Origin: Antedon mediterranea
Taxonomy: Eukaryota; Animalia; Echinodermata
Direction: 5' to 3'
NCBI RefSeq assembly: GCF_964355755.1
Contig: NC_092678.1
Coordinates: 4,170,422 to 4,234,421, forward strand
DNA: 64,000 nt
Below are positions 37,834 through 48,909 of the stretch, piece after piece (within the stretch, counting starts at the first letter, position 1; each line of letters opens with the position of its first letter). Position numbers and translations under genes: made by a program. Below the pieces are notes generated by a model. It did not search any database. It saw nothing but the letters and a program-made list of their open reading frames with translations, and was not told the origin of the DNA.

Positions 37834-37996
37834 TCAAATTATATGGTTATAGCTGCTACTGCAGAAATTGGAAGGTTTTCTCTTTCCGTCACATGTTTAA
37901 GTAATGTTTTTCGTTATTGGTTACGCTCAATTAAAATAGATCATAATCGTTAAGAAGAGCTGAACAAAATTAATTATGTTGGTTATATTATATTAA

Positions 37997-38597
37997 AGCC
38001 CCATTCCCTACGTTTTTTAGATATAATTTAAGATCACAAACTATATTTAATGTAAAAATAATACTATATGGTCCTATTGCGATAACTTTTTTCGTCTTTA
38101 AACGGTTAAAAATGTGAAAAATAAATCGATTCTAATAATTATAGCGGCCCGCTATAAATCCCAAAATGCATTGCGCGCGGATTGATATTTTTGTTTTTCA
38201 CCTGTAATTCGTCCACTTTTCGATCGATCGTGAAACCAAAACAAATGGAAGACTCCTAACTAAATACCGGGTTTTCCCCAATTTGTATCACGGAGTCTGG
38301 CAAAAATAGAAAGACAATTAATGCAGCAACTATGCAACGTCAGGCTAGGTATATAGCTAGCATACGATGTTCGTACGTTATCGATGTTTACCAGCTAGGC
38401 CTACAAAACTAAGCCTAGCTAGGCTAGGCCTAAGACCGTCCACGAGAAGTCAATCGCCGCGAGCTACTTAGGTAGTGCATTGTTTCTCACTTTTTATCAT
38501 AATTTACCATAAAACGTACATTTAAGACAAGGAATGTTTTTAAAGTGATATATATATTATTTTCCAAAAAACGTCCAAAATTGCAGGGAAGGGGTCT
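37997..38597. mobile_element. Kolobok-like non-autonomous DNA transposon (TTAA TSD)
   Basis: TTAA|AGCCCCATTCCCTAC ... GCAGGGAAGGGGTCT|TTAA; near-identical copy at 51173-51798. Confidence 0.8.
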
Positions 38598-39179
38598 TTA
38601 AGCAAATTTTCTGTTCAATTGGGTTTGGTTTTCACAGGTCCATGATTCTGCTTCTTTTATTTCCGAGCTATTCCTTCATTATTAAATTGGGTACAGGTTG
38701 TTTTTTATTTACATGTTCCAAATATATCCGCCAGATATGCAAAATCCACCAAGAATTAGGAATCTTGTGGCTGCAGCTGCTATTCCAGTTGTCATCAGTG
38801 ATGATGCACCAGAGGTGCCTGCTGCACTCCACCAGAGGTCCCTGTGGGAGAGGTTAAGCACCAGTTCTATAAGAACATCACCAGCACCACCTCCACGACC
38901 AGTACCCACAAATCACCAAATCCAGTGTTTTATCCACTTGTCGATTATCCGGATTTCGTTCATTGTTTGTCCACACAAACTTCCTAGAAGAAGGGCCACT
39001 AGATAGAAACAATCTAATAAGAAGGGTGAACCTGAGGCTGCTAATCAGACTATCGTCGATGAACGACCGGTAGGATGCAACTAGCATCGAGACTGCAGCA
39101 AGAAATGTATGAGATCTGGTGCAGCCAACCTCTGCAGGTGCAGTTGAAAATGTAAACAAAACTGCTTACAAATAGAAGT

Positions 39180-40800
39180 CAAAATTTACAAATACAGATA
39201 AGGAGTCGAAAGAAAGAATAACCATTTGCCAGAAAATGTTATTTTAAGCAAAAATTGTGCAAAGCTTGATCATTTCCAACGAGAAGGCATTATTGAGCCT
39301 ATACAGTTTTCAGACTGGGCTGCACCAATAGTTCCGGTACTTAAGGCGGATAAAACTACAGTTAGGATCTGTGGTCAGTATACAAAGCCCATGAACGTGA
39401 AGCAGATGCAAGAGTACCAAGACCATGAAGGTGTCGTCGATTTCATCCTTTTGGCCGAAATCCAAGAGTTGTTCACCGCGATCCCTATCTCCACCACCAC
39501 CACCACAATTGCACTAAGTTTGATTAAATACATTAATTTACATTTAATTATTCATTGCACTTTGGTGTGGGACCTTCAAATACAAACAGGAAATGGCTGC
39601 CCAGGAGGCTCCGGTTGCTTCAGCAAGAAAACCAATATATATTATAAAGGTTTTTATTTATAAAGGTTTTATTTGTTTGGATATTTTTATTTATTATTTT
39701 GTTTCTATGGCTCCAGAAGGAAGCAACTGTCATCAGCCACGGAGTAAGCCCATAGACTTTGTTTATGCAGAGCATCTTGTGTATATGTTTGTCTTATATG
39801 TTCTAGTATCGATAGTGCTTGCACTCATGGCAATCCTCAGGGTGCTGCACCGCTGTATTGTTGTGCCTGAAAATTGAATAAAATAAAAAAAATAAAAAAT
39901 AAAGACTTGAAGCAGATGCAAATGCTACACCAAGAGTACCAAGACCATGAAGGTGTCGTCGATTTCATCCTTTTGGCCAAAATCCAAATATTGTTTACCG
40001 CTCCACGACCAGCAACTGCCCCACGGTTACCACCAGGCACCACCACATTTACCTCAAATCCGTCCACTTTTTTATTTGTTGCCTGTACCCGAACCTATTT
40101 TTTATCCTCTCATTGATTATCCTGATTATGTTCATCGTTTGCATGTTCTATATGGAATGAATTGGTACTTCCTAGAAGGATGGCACAGGCGTTTAGGGCC
40201 ACTCGATAGAAATAATCTACCTGCGGCTGCTAATCCGGCTATCGACTGGTAGGATGAAGATGGTTCAAATCATTGATTACGCACAATCTAGCCAAGCATC
40301 ATCTAGAATCCAATGTTGGGCACTGAAATTAGGTACATACAATTAACATTGCCAGGAAAACCAGAATCAATTCCACAACTTGCCAAACTATACTATTGAT
40401 GGAGTCAATGAATCAATCTCCAGTTCCACAGCAGGTTGGACGGTTAAAGATCCAATCTCGAGTTTTTACTACATTGAAATACTAATCCAAAAATCAAGAT
40501 GGATGTATTTTGTGAGGAAATAGAATTGCCAGGTAGAAAACAGTTACTACAATTAGCACTACATGAAGATCATACTGGAATTGTCAGGATGAAAAGTTTT
40601 GCTCGGGATTCGTTATGGTGGACAAAGACATCGAGGATAAATCAAAACACTGCAATACATGCCAATCTAATCAAACGTTACCACCAAAAGAACGCATGTA
40701 ATTGGGAAAAATGTTTTTACCACGCATAGTCAAAATGGCTTGAGGTAATTCTGGAAAATAAGACATTCTCTAACAGCCCCATATCACCAATCCTATTGAC
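39180..40800 (+). mobile_element. Fragmentary Gypsy (Mag-like) pol remnant interleaved with other sequence
   Basis: EGIIEPIQFSDWAAPIVPVLKADKTTVRICG (RT start); LHEDHTGIVRMKSFARDSLWW (integrase zinc finger). Confidence 0.7.
39755..39903 (+). mobile_element. 5'-truncated copy of the tRNA-SINE at 28633
   Basis: AGAGCATCTTGTGTATATGTTTGTCTTATATGTTCTAGT...GCAATCCTCAGGGTGCTGCACCGCTGT plus an A-rich tail. Confidence 0.85.
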
Positions 40801-40829
40801 GGGAGGTGAAGGGCGCCCCCTGTGGATTT

Positions 40830-43800
40830 GAGATGTTTTGTGCGGATGAGAAGAACGCACGAGAGAGGAGAGAGGAGAGATGAACACGACGAATAGAGTT
40901 AAATGGACATTTCCGAGTAATGATGTTTATATTACTTGTTAGTTAATAATTTGATGTTTAAGAGGTATAATATGACGTTGGAAATAGAATTCGAGTGTGA
41001 AGATGTTTACTGTAGTTTGAACTTACATGGATTGTAAAGGATTTCATAGATTTAGAGTAGATTACTATACGAAAAGTTTGTCACTATGACGTCACTATAC
41101 AGTTGTAAAAAGCACCCAAAACGTTCGCAGGCTACGACGTGAGCATCGAACCGTTTATGTACCACCACAAGAGGGCGTTGTTCATCGATACAGTGCGATG
41201 ACGTCACACCATGACTGGTAGCGGTAGATGGTACTGAAATTAGTTTTATCGATCATATTATTGTACCATACGATGACGTCATCACCAACACAAATGGCGC
41301 TGTTACAAATAATGTGGTTGGTAGCGGTAGTTGGTAATTTTAATCAATTAAGACATGACCATATGAATCACTCATGCGGAACAGAAGCTGAACCTTAAAT
41401 TGTTCAAAGAACACGGCATAACGCAATACCGTAAACAAACATTTGAAGAACTAACATATAGAATGACTGAATTAAGTGAATACGATACAGACATAACAGA
41501 TGTAAGTATAACTAATTATTTATTGTGTTTCTTCTTATATTAGAATTATGGCTAACCTGTTACCCGGCATTGGTCAACAAGTTCGTGCGGCTAGATGGGC
41601 CTTGTCATTGATAGCATGTACCGTAGAAGGGTGGGATAGATTAAGGCTACACGGAAATAGCATTCAAACAGCCTATAGAGCTGAAAATGGGGATCCGCAG
41701 GCTAGAAGAATCGTATGCCACCTAGGCTTCGTAGAAGGCCCAGACTACCCAGAATACATTCCGGAATTTGAACACATACACGGGTACATAGAGGAATTTA
41801 GGCGTATGACCCCAGACGGCCCTTATATACCCACATGGAATCGACGTAACAGAACACGTAACAACGTAAGAAACATCACAGCTCACATGGGGTTTGATGC
41901 GGAAGATTGCACTGTGCCTTACCTGGAACCAGTGCGTGATTTAGCCGCCTACATAATCTACATGAACAAAAATGCCAGAAACACTGCCAGACCAATACAA
42001 AACCCACCACAAGGGGGAAACCCGTTCCCTCCTGGTGCAAGAATTCCTTCTACTTCAATACCAGGTGCAGCATTAGACGCACCTGACCAAGCAAATGTTG
42101 AAGAAACTCACACTTAATTCTAATTTGTTTCCTGTACCCGAACCTGTTTTTTATCCTCTCGTTGATTATCCTGATTATGTTCATCGTTTGCATGTTCCAT
42201 ATGGATTTAATTGGTACTTCCTAGAAGGCACAGGCTTTAGGGCCACTCGATAAAGATAAATCTGCCAGTAAGGGAAGAGGTTTATGAAAGGTATGGCGAA
42301 CTTGTGGCTACTAATCCGGCTGTCATTAATCGACCGATTGGATGGCGGTGGGGTAACGAACTGGTTCAAATCATTGATTACGCACCGGTAGTCATTAGTG
42401 ATGATGATGAACCGGTGCAGATCATTGATGAAGAACCAGTTGATGATGATTAACCGGTAGTCAATATGGAGGATGAACCGGTTCTAATCACAGATGATGA
42501 TGATGAGGAGCCAGTCGTCATCAATGATGCCTGCCGCATCGGATGTGCCAGTCCACAGTCTCCGGCCATGGTGGCACCCCCGGCACTGGCAGCCACAGTT
42601 TACCAAAATAAATCCGGGAGAAAATGGGGTAACCTGGTTCAAATCATTGATTACGCACCGGTATTATGTGATTTAGCTTGATGGCATGATCTGCTATAGC
42701 TGATTTGCTCAGTTCATTTTTTGATTCACTATGTGATTGACGAGTCAAATATTGCGTAATTTATACCGCCACCTATCGACAAAATCGAATATCACGTGAC
42801 GTTTATTAGACTGATTTCTTCCATGAAGGCAATTGAATCCAGACTTGGTATTAATGTAGTTGTTCTTGACCTCGACACGGAACAACTAAATATGGTAAAG
42901 TAAAATACGAGACCACGATTAATAAGGCCATGTACATTTGAGTTAGTGTTATTCATTATTACGTTTTTCCTATCTGACTACATAAGTAAACCGCAAAGAC
43001 TCATGCGAAGCCCGTAACATGGTGGCAGCGGTGTTTTTAACTGTGCTGTGGTGGACCACATTTCTTTTAATGGATTGTTCCAAGTTAAAGCGTTTGAAAG
43101 TTATGCTAAAAGGGAAGAGTGGGAGTAATCCACTTGGGTTTGACGCATCTCCCAATGCATTGAAGGTAAGGCTCGCAACACTATGGATGCATATGCAATG
43201 AAAGCATACGAAGATTGGGCATAATGTTGACTGTTGGGCGAGATATTTTGGCATTGCATCTGATTAATGCGGCAAGTATTTCGCAATTAATTATACAGGT
43301 TTTAGAGAACATACTCAATGACATGCGCCAGCATACCTAATTATTGGCAACGCCATAAGCTAAATAATAAGCAAGTAGGCACAAAAAGTAATTAAGACCG
43401 CAGCCCTACAAGAGCAAACCACCAAGATTTGACAGACCGACTTACAACAGGCCAAGGTTTAACTCGCCTAATTATGCACCGAATCACAATGCATTTAACA
43501 GGCTGCCTATTAAAGCACATTCACAAAATCAGCCTCCTTTCAGACTAAACTTTAACGCTAGCAACCAGCAAGATCTGAATTCATTAAATAGGCCATTTAT
43601 TCCTCAACAAGCTCCCCGATTTGGCAACACACAAGGTCGGCAAAATCAAAATCAAAGAAAAAAAAAAATCGCACGATTCCTTAAAGTGCATCGCTGCAAG
43701 AAGGCCTTGGTAGTGCTGGTCTATTGGGCAATGATCTAGAAAATAAATGGGACAAACCAAAAGACATACTAGTAGTTACTAGAGCACTAACTTTGTGTAT

Positions 43801-44040
43801 TGCCCGAAATACAAGTGCAGGATTGTATTAGACAATATCTCAAACAAAATCAAATAGTTGTACCACAGGAGTACAGAGAACACATAATAAATATAGCGCA
43901 TGATAAAACTGGACACAGGATAGGATCAGCCAACATTTTTATTGGCCTGGAATATACCATCAAGTTAGATATCCTATTTAAAAGAATTATTATAGCAGGT
44001 CCATTTTCTGTTATAGAGGAATGGGAATAGATATTTGAGT
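40830..44040 (+). mobile_element. Second, decayed Gmr1-like LTR element: LTR ending at 43019, PBS, gag/PR/INT remnants
   Basis: ...CCCGTAACA|TGGTGGCAGCGGTG (same tRNA-Leu PBS, 43020-43033); LLGNDL..ILVVTRA followed directly by QIVVPQEYREHIINIAHD..GH..FYWPGI. The LTR start is approximate. Confidence 0.7.
41548..42117 (+). CDS. Putative HUH (rolling-circle Rep/NS1-like) endonuclease, no helicase domain
   Basis: Intact 189-aa ORF with correctly ordered motif-like segments: I RWALSL, II EHIHGYI, III VRDLAAYIIYMNK; Pro-rich tail. Confidence 0.6.
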   Translation: MANLLPGIGQQVRAARWALSLIACTVEGWDRLRLHGNSIQTAYRAENGDPQARRIVCHLGFVEGPDYPEYIPEFEHIHGYIEEFRRMTPDGPYIPTWNRRNRTRNNVRNITAHMGFDAEDCTVPYLEPVRDLAAYIIYMNKNARNTARPIQNPPQGGNPFPPGARIPSTSIPGAALDAPDQANVEETHT

Positions 44041-44059
44041 AAAAGTTTAAAAAAATGTC

Positions 44060-47000
44060 CACAAGAAGGTTGCAAAGGCTTCGCCTGTCTCTTATAAATC
44101 AGCTATAAAATCAGTTACAGTATAAAAAAATTAACTTAAAAAAATGTCCACAAGAAGGTTGCTGGAATCGTGATAATGATCCGTCTTGTAGTTTTGACGT
44201 ACGGCTTAAAATTAGATAATAAAAAGCCGCCGCTGCACGCAAAATTGCACCATTATTGCTTAACAAATCAAACACTAGAAACACTAATTATGAAGTAAAT
44301 TAGTATTATATTTAGACATTATAAGAAGTCCAAATACTCATAGGCCTACAATTATTTTATTCCACCTATAATTTAAAACATTTATAATTTATTTATACAT
44401 TTATTCACTTTACATGTGCACTGTCGAACCATACGCGCTCCTTAGTCACTTTCATTTTACAATCTGCAAGAAGTGGTTATGGTATTTTGGATTCATTTAT
44501 ATTTTGCTTGCGACGCACTGACTATTTCTGCGTTGTTGGGACTGTATTTTTTATAATTCATATACATTTGAAGTAGAGTACGTTTTTCTATGGTTCTTAG
44601 CACGAAACTCATTCAAAACGAGGTATTCTTTCCTGACATAGCGGGTAGCACCATTTACTGTGTAATGCAACTTCTATGAAGAGCAGAATTAATAAATAGC
44701 ATAAATAAACAAATAGAATAATGAGAGGGTTAGTTGTTTCAATCTCTATTTTGATTGGTCTTCAATCATACATGATATGCATAATGTTGCAGGTGATGTT
44801 ACGCTTCATTGATTTCCATGTCTATAAAACCACGTCGAATTAGCCCGCGCACCTCTTTCCTTATAAATCAGCTATAGGCTAAAATCATCATATAAAATTA
44901 AGTTAAACAATGTCCACAAGAAGGTTGCGAAGGCTTCGCCTGTGAGTAGCACCTTAGTTAGTAGGCTTTTCAGCTGTTTTAGTAACATGTAATTGTGTAG
45001 GCCTTTAATAACATGAGTAAATTTAATTCAGTAAGACTTCTTCTGGCCTTAGCTAGTTAGTAGGCTGTGACGGCGTGACGTGAGGCTCTTTTTTACTTAA
45101 GCTCTGGCGATACTCACATGGGACTATGATCAGGTCATGGAGGTATACCTCCATGGTCAGGTCGACCAATATCTACGGAACGGCAAAACCGCAATATGCG
45201 GTTACCGGCACAGTAATATGTAGGCTCATAATTAGTTATCCGCTTAGTAGCGGATAACTCCTTGTAATTGTCCTGTTGCTTTTTTTTTTTTTTTTGGTTA
45301 TCCGCAACTTTTGAAGTTGAGGATAACCCTTTTTTTTCATCTTCTTTATTAGTTATCCGCATTCAGCGGATAACTCCTTGTAATCGTCCTGTTACTTTTT
45401 TTTTTTTTTTGTTATCCGCACTTGGCGGATAACCCCTTGTTATTGTCAGGATCATACATGATATGCATAATGTTGCAGGTGATGTTACGCTTCATTGATT
45501 TCCATGTCTATAAAACCACGTCGAATTAGCCCGCGCACCTCTTTCCTTATAAATCATACTACATCAGTATATATCAGTTATAGGCTAAAAAAAAAAAATG
45601 TCCACAAGAAGGTTGCGAAGGCTTCGCCTGTGAGTAGCACCTTAGTTAGTAGGCTTTTCAGCTGTTTTAGTAACATGTAATTGTGTAGGCCTTTAATAAC
45701 ATGAGTAAATTTAATTCAGTAAGACTTCTTCTGGCCTTAGCTAGTTAGTAGGCTGTGACGGCGTGACGTGAGGCTCTTTTTTACTTAAGCTCTGGCGATA
45801 CTCACATGGGACTATGATCAGGTCGACCAATATCTATGGAACGGCAAAACCGCAATATGCGGTTACCGGCACAGTAATATGTAGGCTCATAATTAGTTAT
45901 CCGCTTAGTAGCGGATAACTCCTTGTGATTGTAGTGGATCAATATTTTTTTTTTTTTTTTCTGTATTATTCTTATTTCTTTCCCATTTTTTTGTGACTCG
46001 CATTTCTCTAAAATGTGTAAACATAACATTTCATAACTTTGACAACATGTGGGCATTTACGTGAAGTTGTGCACCTCCTTTTTTGAATGACGTCAGAGTT
46101 GCGCAACGTGACTTACGCACGATTTTATGATTTTTAATGATTGATCATAGCTTAAAAACCAAGCGTAATTTTTTTTTTACCCTTTATGAAAATTTAAGTC
46201 ATATCAAGAATGGCGTGTTTTACAAGAAGTTACGTGCGTACGCGCATTTAAAATTTTAAAATGCGCAAAATTAATTTCTAATCAACTTTTTACGCCATTC
46301 ATGACATTTTGCACCATTCATGACATTTTGCGCATGTCAAAATTTCCCGCGTGCGCGAACAATTTTACGCGTGCGGCGCGCACGCAGCATAAAATCTTGT
46401 TTTTTTCTATTAAATTGTGATTTTCCAGCCTTTCCTAGTCATTTTTAAAAAGATTGACATCATTTCAAATTAAAATGACGTCATACGTACACGTTGTTTT
46501 AGACCACTTGCGTGCGTTTTTATTGCAAAAGTTACAAAATATTGTCAAAATTATGCCTGTTTTGAAACTATTATAGCTCCTCAGGATCAACCGTAACCCC
46601 CGATTTTTTTAACTTAATATGTAAGCAGATATGTTGTAGATATGAATTCATGCAGAATTTTTTCCTCACGGATGTTGTGACGTCATCGTATGGCCACACG
46701 AATGTAAAAAATAGGATTTTTTTCTCTTTCGTTATTGCTCATCACATTCAATGGAGCCCATCACGCTTATCCGTTTTCCATTTTCACCCCGATTTTGATA
46801 TTGTCTAGGTCAATCAACTATCTTTCGCACGAGTTAAAAATATTTTAATTTTTATGATGTCATCATGCCTAAAAATTAAAATTACGTGTGGCATTAATTC
46901 CATCTTTACAGTAAATTTTAATCTGTTATAGCTCGTAAGAATAAAATGTGATATTTTGCTTGCGACGCACTGACTATTTCTGCGTTGTTGGGACTGTATT

Positions 47001-47645
47001 TTTTATAATTCATATACATTTGAAGTAGAGTACGTTTTTCGATGGTTCTTAGCACGAAACTCATTCAAAACGAGGTATTCCTTCCTGACATAGCGGGTAG
47101 CACCATTTACTGTGTAATGCAACTTCTATGAAGAGCAGAATTAATAAATAGCATAAATAAACAAATAGAATAATGAGGGTTGTTTCAATCTCTATTTTGA
47201 TTGGTCTTCAATCATACATGATATGCATAATGTTGCAGGTGATGTTACGCTTCATTGATTTCCATGTCTATAAAACCACGTCGAATTAGCCCGCGCACCT
47301 CTTTCCTTATAAATCATCGGTATAGGCTAAACAAATTAACAAGTTAAAGTTGAAAAAATGTCCACAAGAAGGTTGCGAAGGCTTCGCCTGTGAGTAGCAC
47401 CTTAGTTAGTAGGCTTTTCAGCTGTTTTAGTAACATGTAATTGTGTAGGCCTTTAATAACATGAGTAAATTTAATTCAGTAAGTAGTAAGTAGGCTGTGA
47501 CGGCGTGACGTGAGGCTCAAGCTTTTTGACTTAAGCTCTGGCGATACTCACATGGGAGTATGGTCAGGTCGACCAATATCTATGGAACGGCAAAACCGCA
47601 ATATGCGGTTACCAGCACAGTAATATGTAGGCTCATAATTATAAT
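44060..47645. repeat. Local triplication of a 0.45-0.75 kb segment interleaved with Helentron-like ends
   Basis: ATCATACATGATATGCATAATGTTGCAGG... block at about 44765, 45452 and 47211; 44498-44765 also recurs at 46950-47210. Confidence 0.9.
45230..46940. mobile_element. Non-autonomous element with TTATCCGC..GCGGATAA hairpin ends (Helentron/HINE-like); related copy at 49435-50780, fragment near 11980-12110
   Basis: Repeated hairpin GTTATCCGCTTAGTAGCGGATAAC plus T-tracts; internal sequence 46250-46940 resembles 49630-50300. Confidence 0.5.
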
Positions 47646-47899
47646 TTTCAATTTGACACACACACACATAATGAATCAATATTACACAAAAATTATATAG
47701 TCCGAGTTAAATGAAACTTCAAAATAAAGTTACATATCCTATAATAGATTGTCTACAAATACTAATAAATACTCATACGATATTTTGACAATCTTGATAT
47801 GTTCTTTATACACTAACGATAGGTACTTCGATCAATCAATGAACAGTTTGTATATTGATTGGTGTTTCATGAGTAGTTTTCCAGGCACATCAGAAAATA

Positions 47900-48693
47900 A
47901 AAATTTTCAAAGGGCAGTTTATCCTACCCTTACCTTCTCTCTTTTAGGTAAAGAGACAGGCGGTGTGTACGCTTTTTAGTGCTCTTTTCAGAGTATTTTT
48001 ATTTAATATTCTTACTACTAAATCCTTCTTTTTCAATTTTTATTTTGTATTTTTGCTAATCGTTGTGAGTATTGTAGCCCACTTTATTCCTTTTTATTGG
48101 CTGCATCTTGATCTAACGTTTTTGAGTTTTTATTCTTTGTTTATATACTTCCCTTAATAGTGTGAACTGACGATGATGATACACAAGCTGTTTTTCAAAT
48201 AAGGTAAGGTTTTTTGTGGATTGTCAATTATTAAGCAGGCTCCTCTAGAAAGTGTTAAAAAACCGGCAAGTCCAAGTTGTAAGCTTAGCTTTTAGTCTTT
48301 TTCATTGTTTACGGTTTAATACAGCAGGGTCTCTATAATCTTGGTTTATTTTTATACTTACATGAATTTTTGTAGTATTTTATTTTCATTTATGAGTTTC
48401 TTTTAGTTTATACATTTAATTGTTGTTTATTTTCAAGCTATTCATTGTTTTTTTTTTCATTATAGGGAGTGGTCTATACTTTAAATATTTTACCTATAAC
48501 CGCAGTGGCTGGAACATTTTTACCATTACTAATTGCTTAATGTTTAGTACTGCTGTTTTGAGAGTTTTATAAAAGAATTTTCTTTTTGTTTCTTTATTAT
48601 TTTCTTTTTAGTTTATAGTTAAAAAAATTCACTGGGTCAGATATTTTCTTTGCATGTAACATTATTTATTATTATTATTGGGACCAAGTATTC
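47900..48693 (-). rRNA. rrnS: Mitochondrial 12S rRNA pseudogene (NUMT)
   Basis: Conserved SSU motifs on the minus strand with internal deletions. Confidence 0.8.
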
Positions 48694-48764
48694 TGCATAA
48701 AGAGAGGATTTTAACCTTCTATAAAAGCATTTTCAGTGCTTTGCTTTTTTAAAGCTACTTTTGC
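48694..48764 (-). tRNA. trnF: mt tRNA-Phe(GAA) pseudogene in the NUMT
   Basis: Anticodon arm AAGCA-CTGAAAA-TGCTT on the minus strand. Confidence 0.75.
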
Positions 48765-48833
48765 CACTAGAAAATGGATTTCAACATTTATTAGAGGATC
48801 TTAAGTCCTCTGCATTTACTTTTTGCTATTTTA
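48765..48833 (-). tRNA. trnL2: mt tRNA-Leu(UUR, TAA) pseudogene in the NUMT
   Basis: Anticodon arm GAGGA-CTTAAGA-TCCTC on the minus strand. Confidence 0.75.
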
Positions 48834-48840
48834 CTTATCT

Positions 48841-48903
48841 TATCTTAGATTAAAATTGATTCTTTTTGATTGGAAGTCAAATGTTCATTAAACTAAAGTG
48901 TTC
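48841..48903 (-). tRNA. trnG: mt tRNA-Gly(TCC) pseudogene in the NUMT
   Basis: Anticodon arm TTTGA-CTTCCAA-TCAAA on the minus strand. Confidence 0.7.
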
Positions 48904-48909
48904 TTTATT

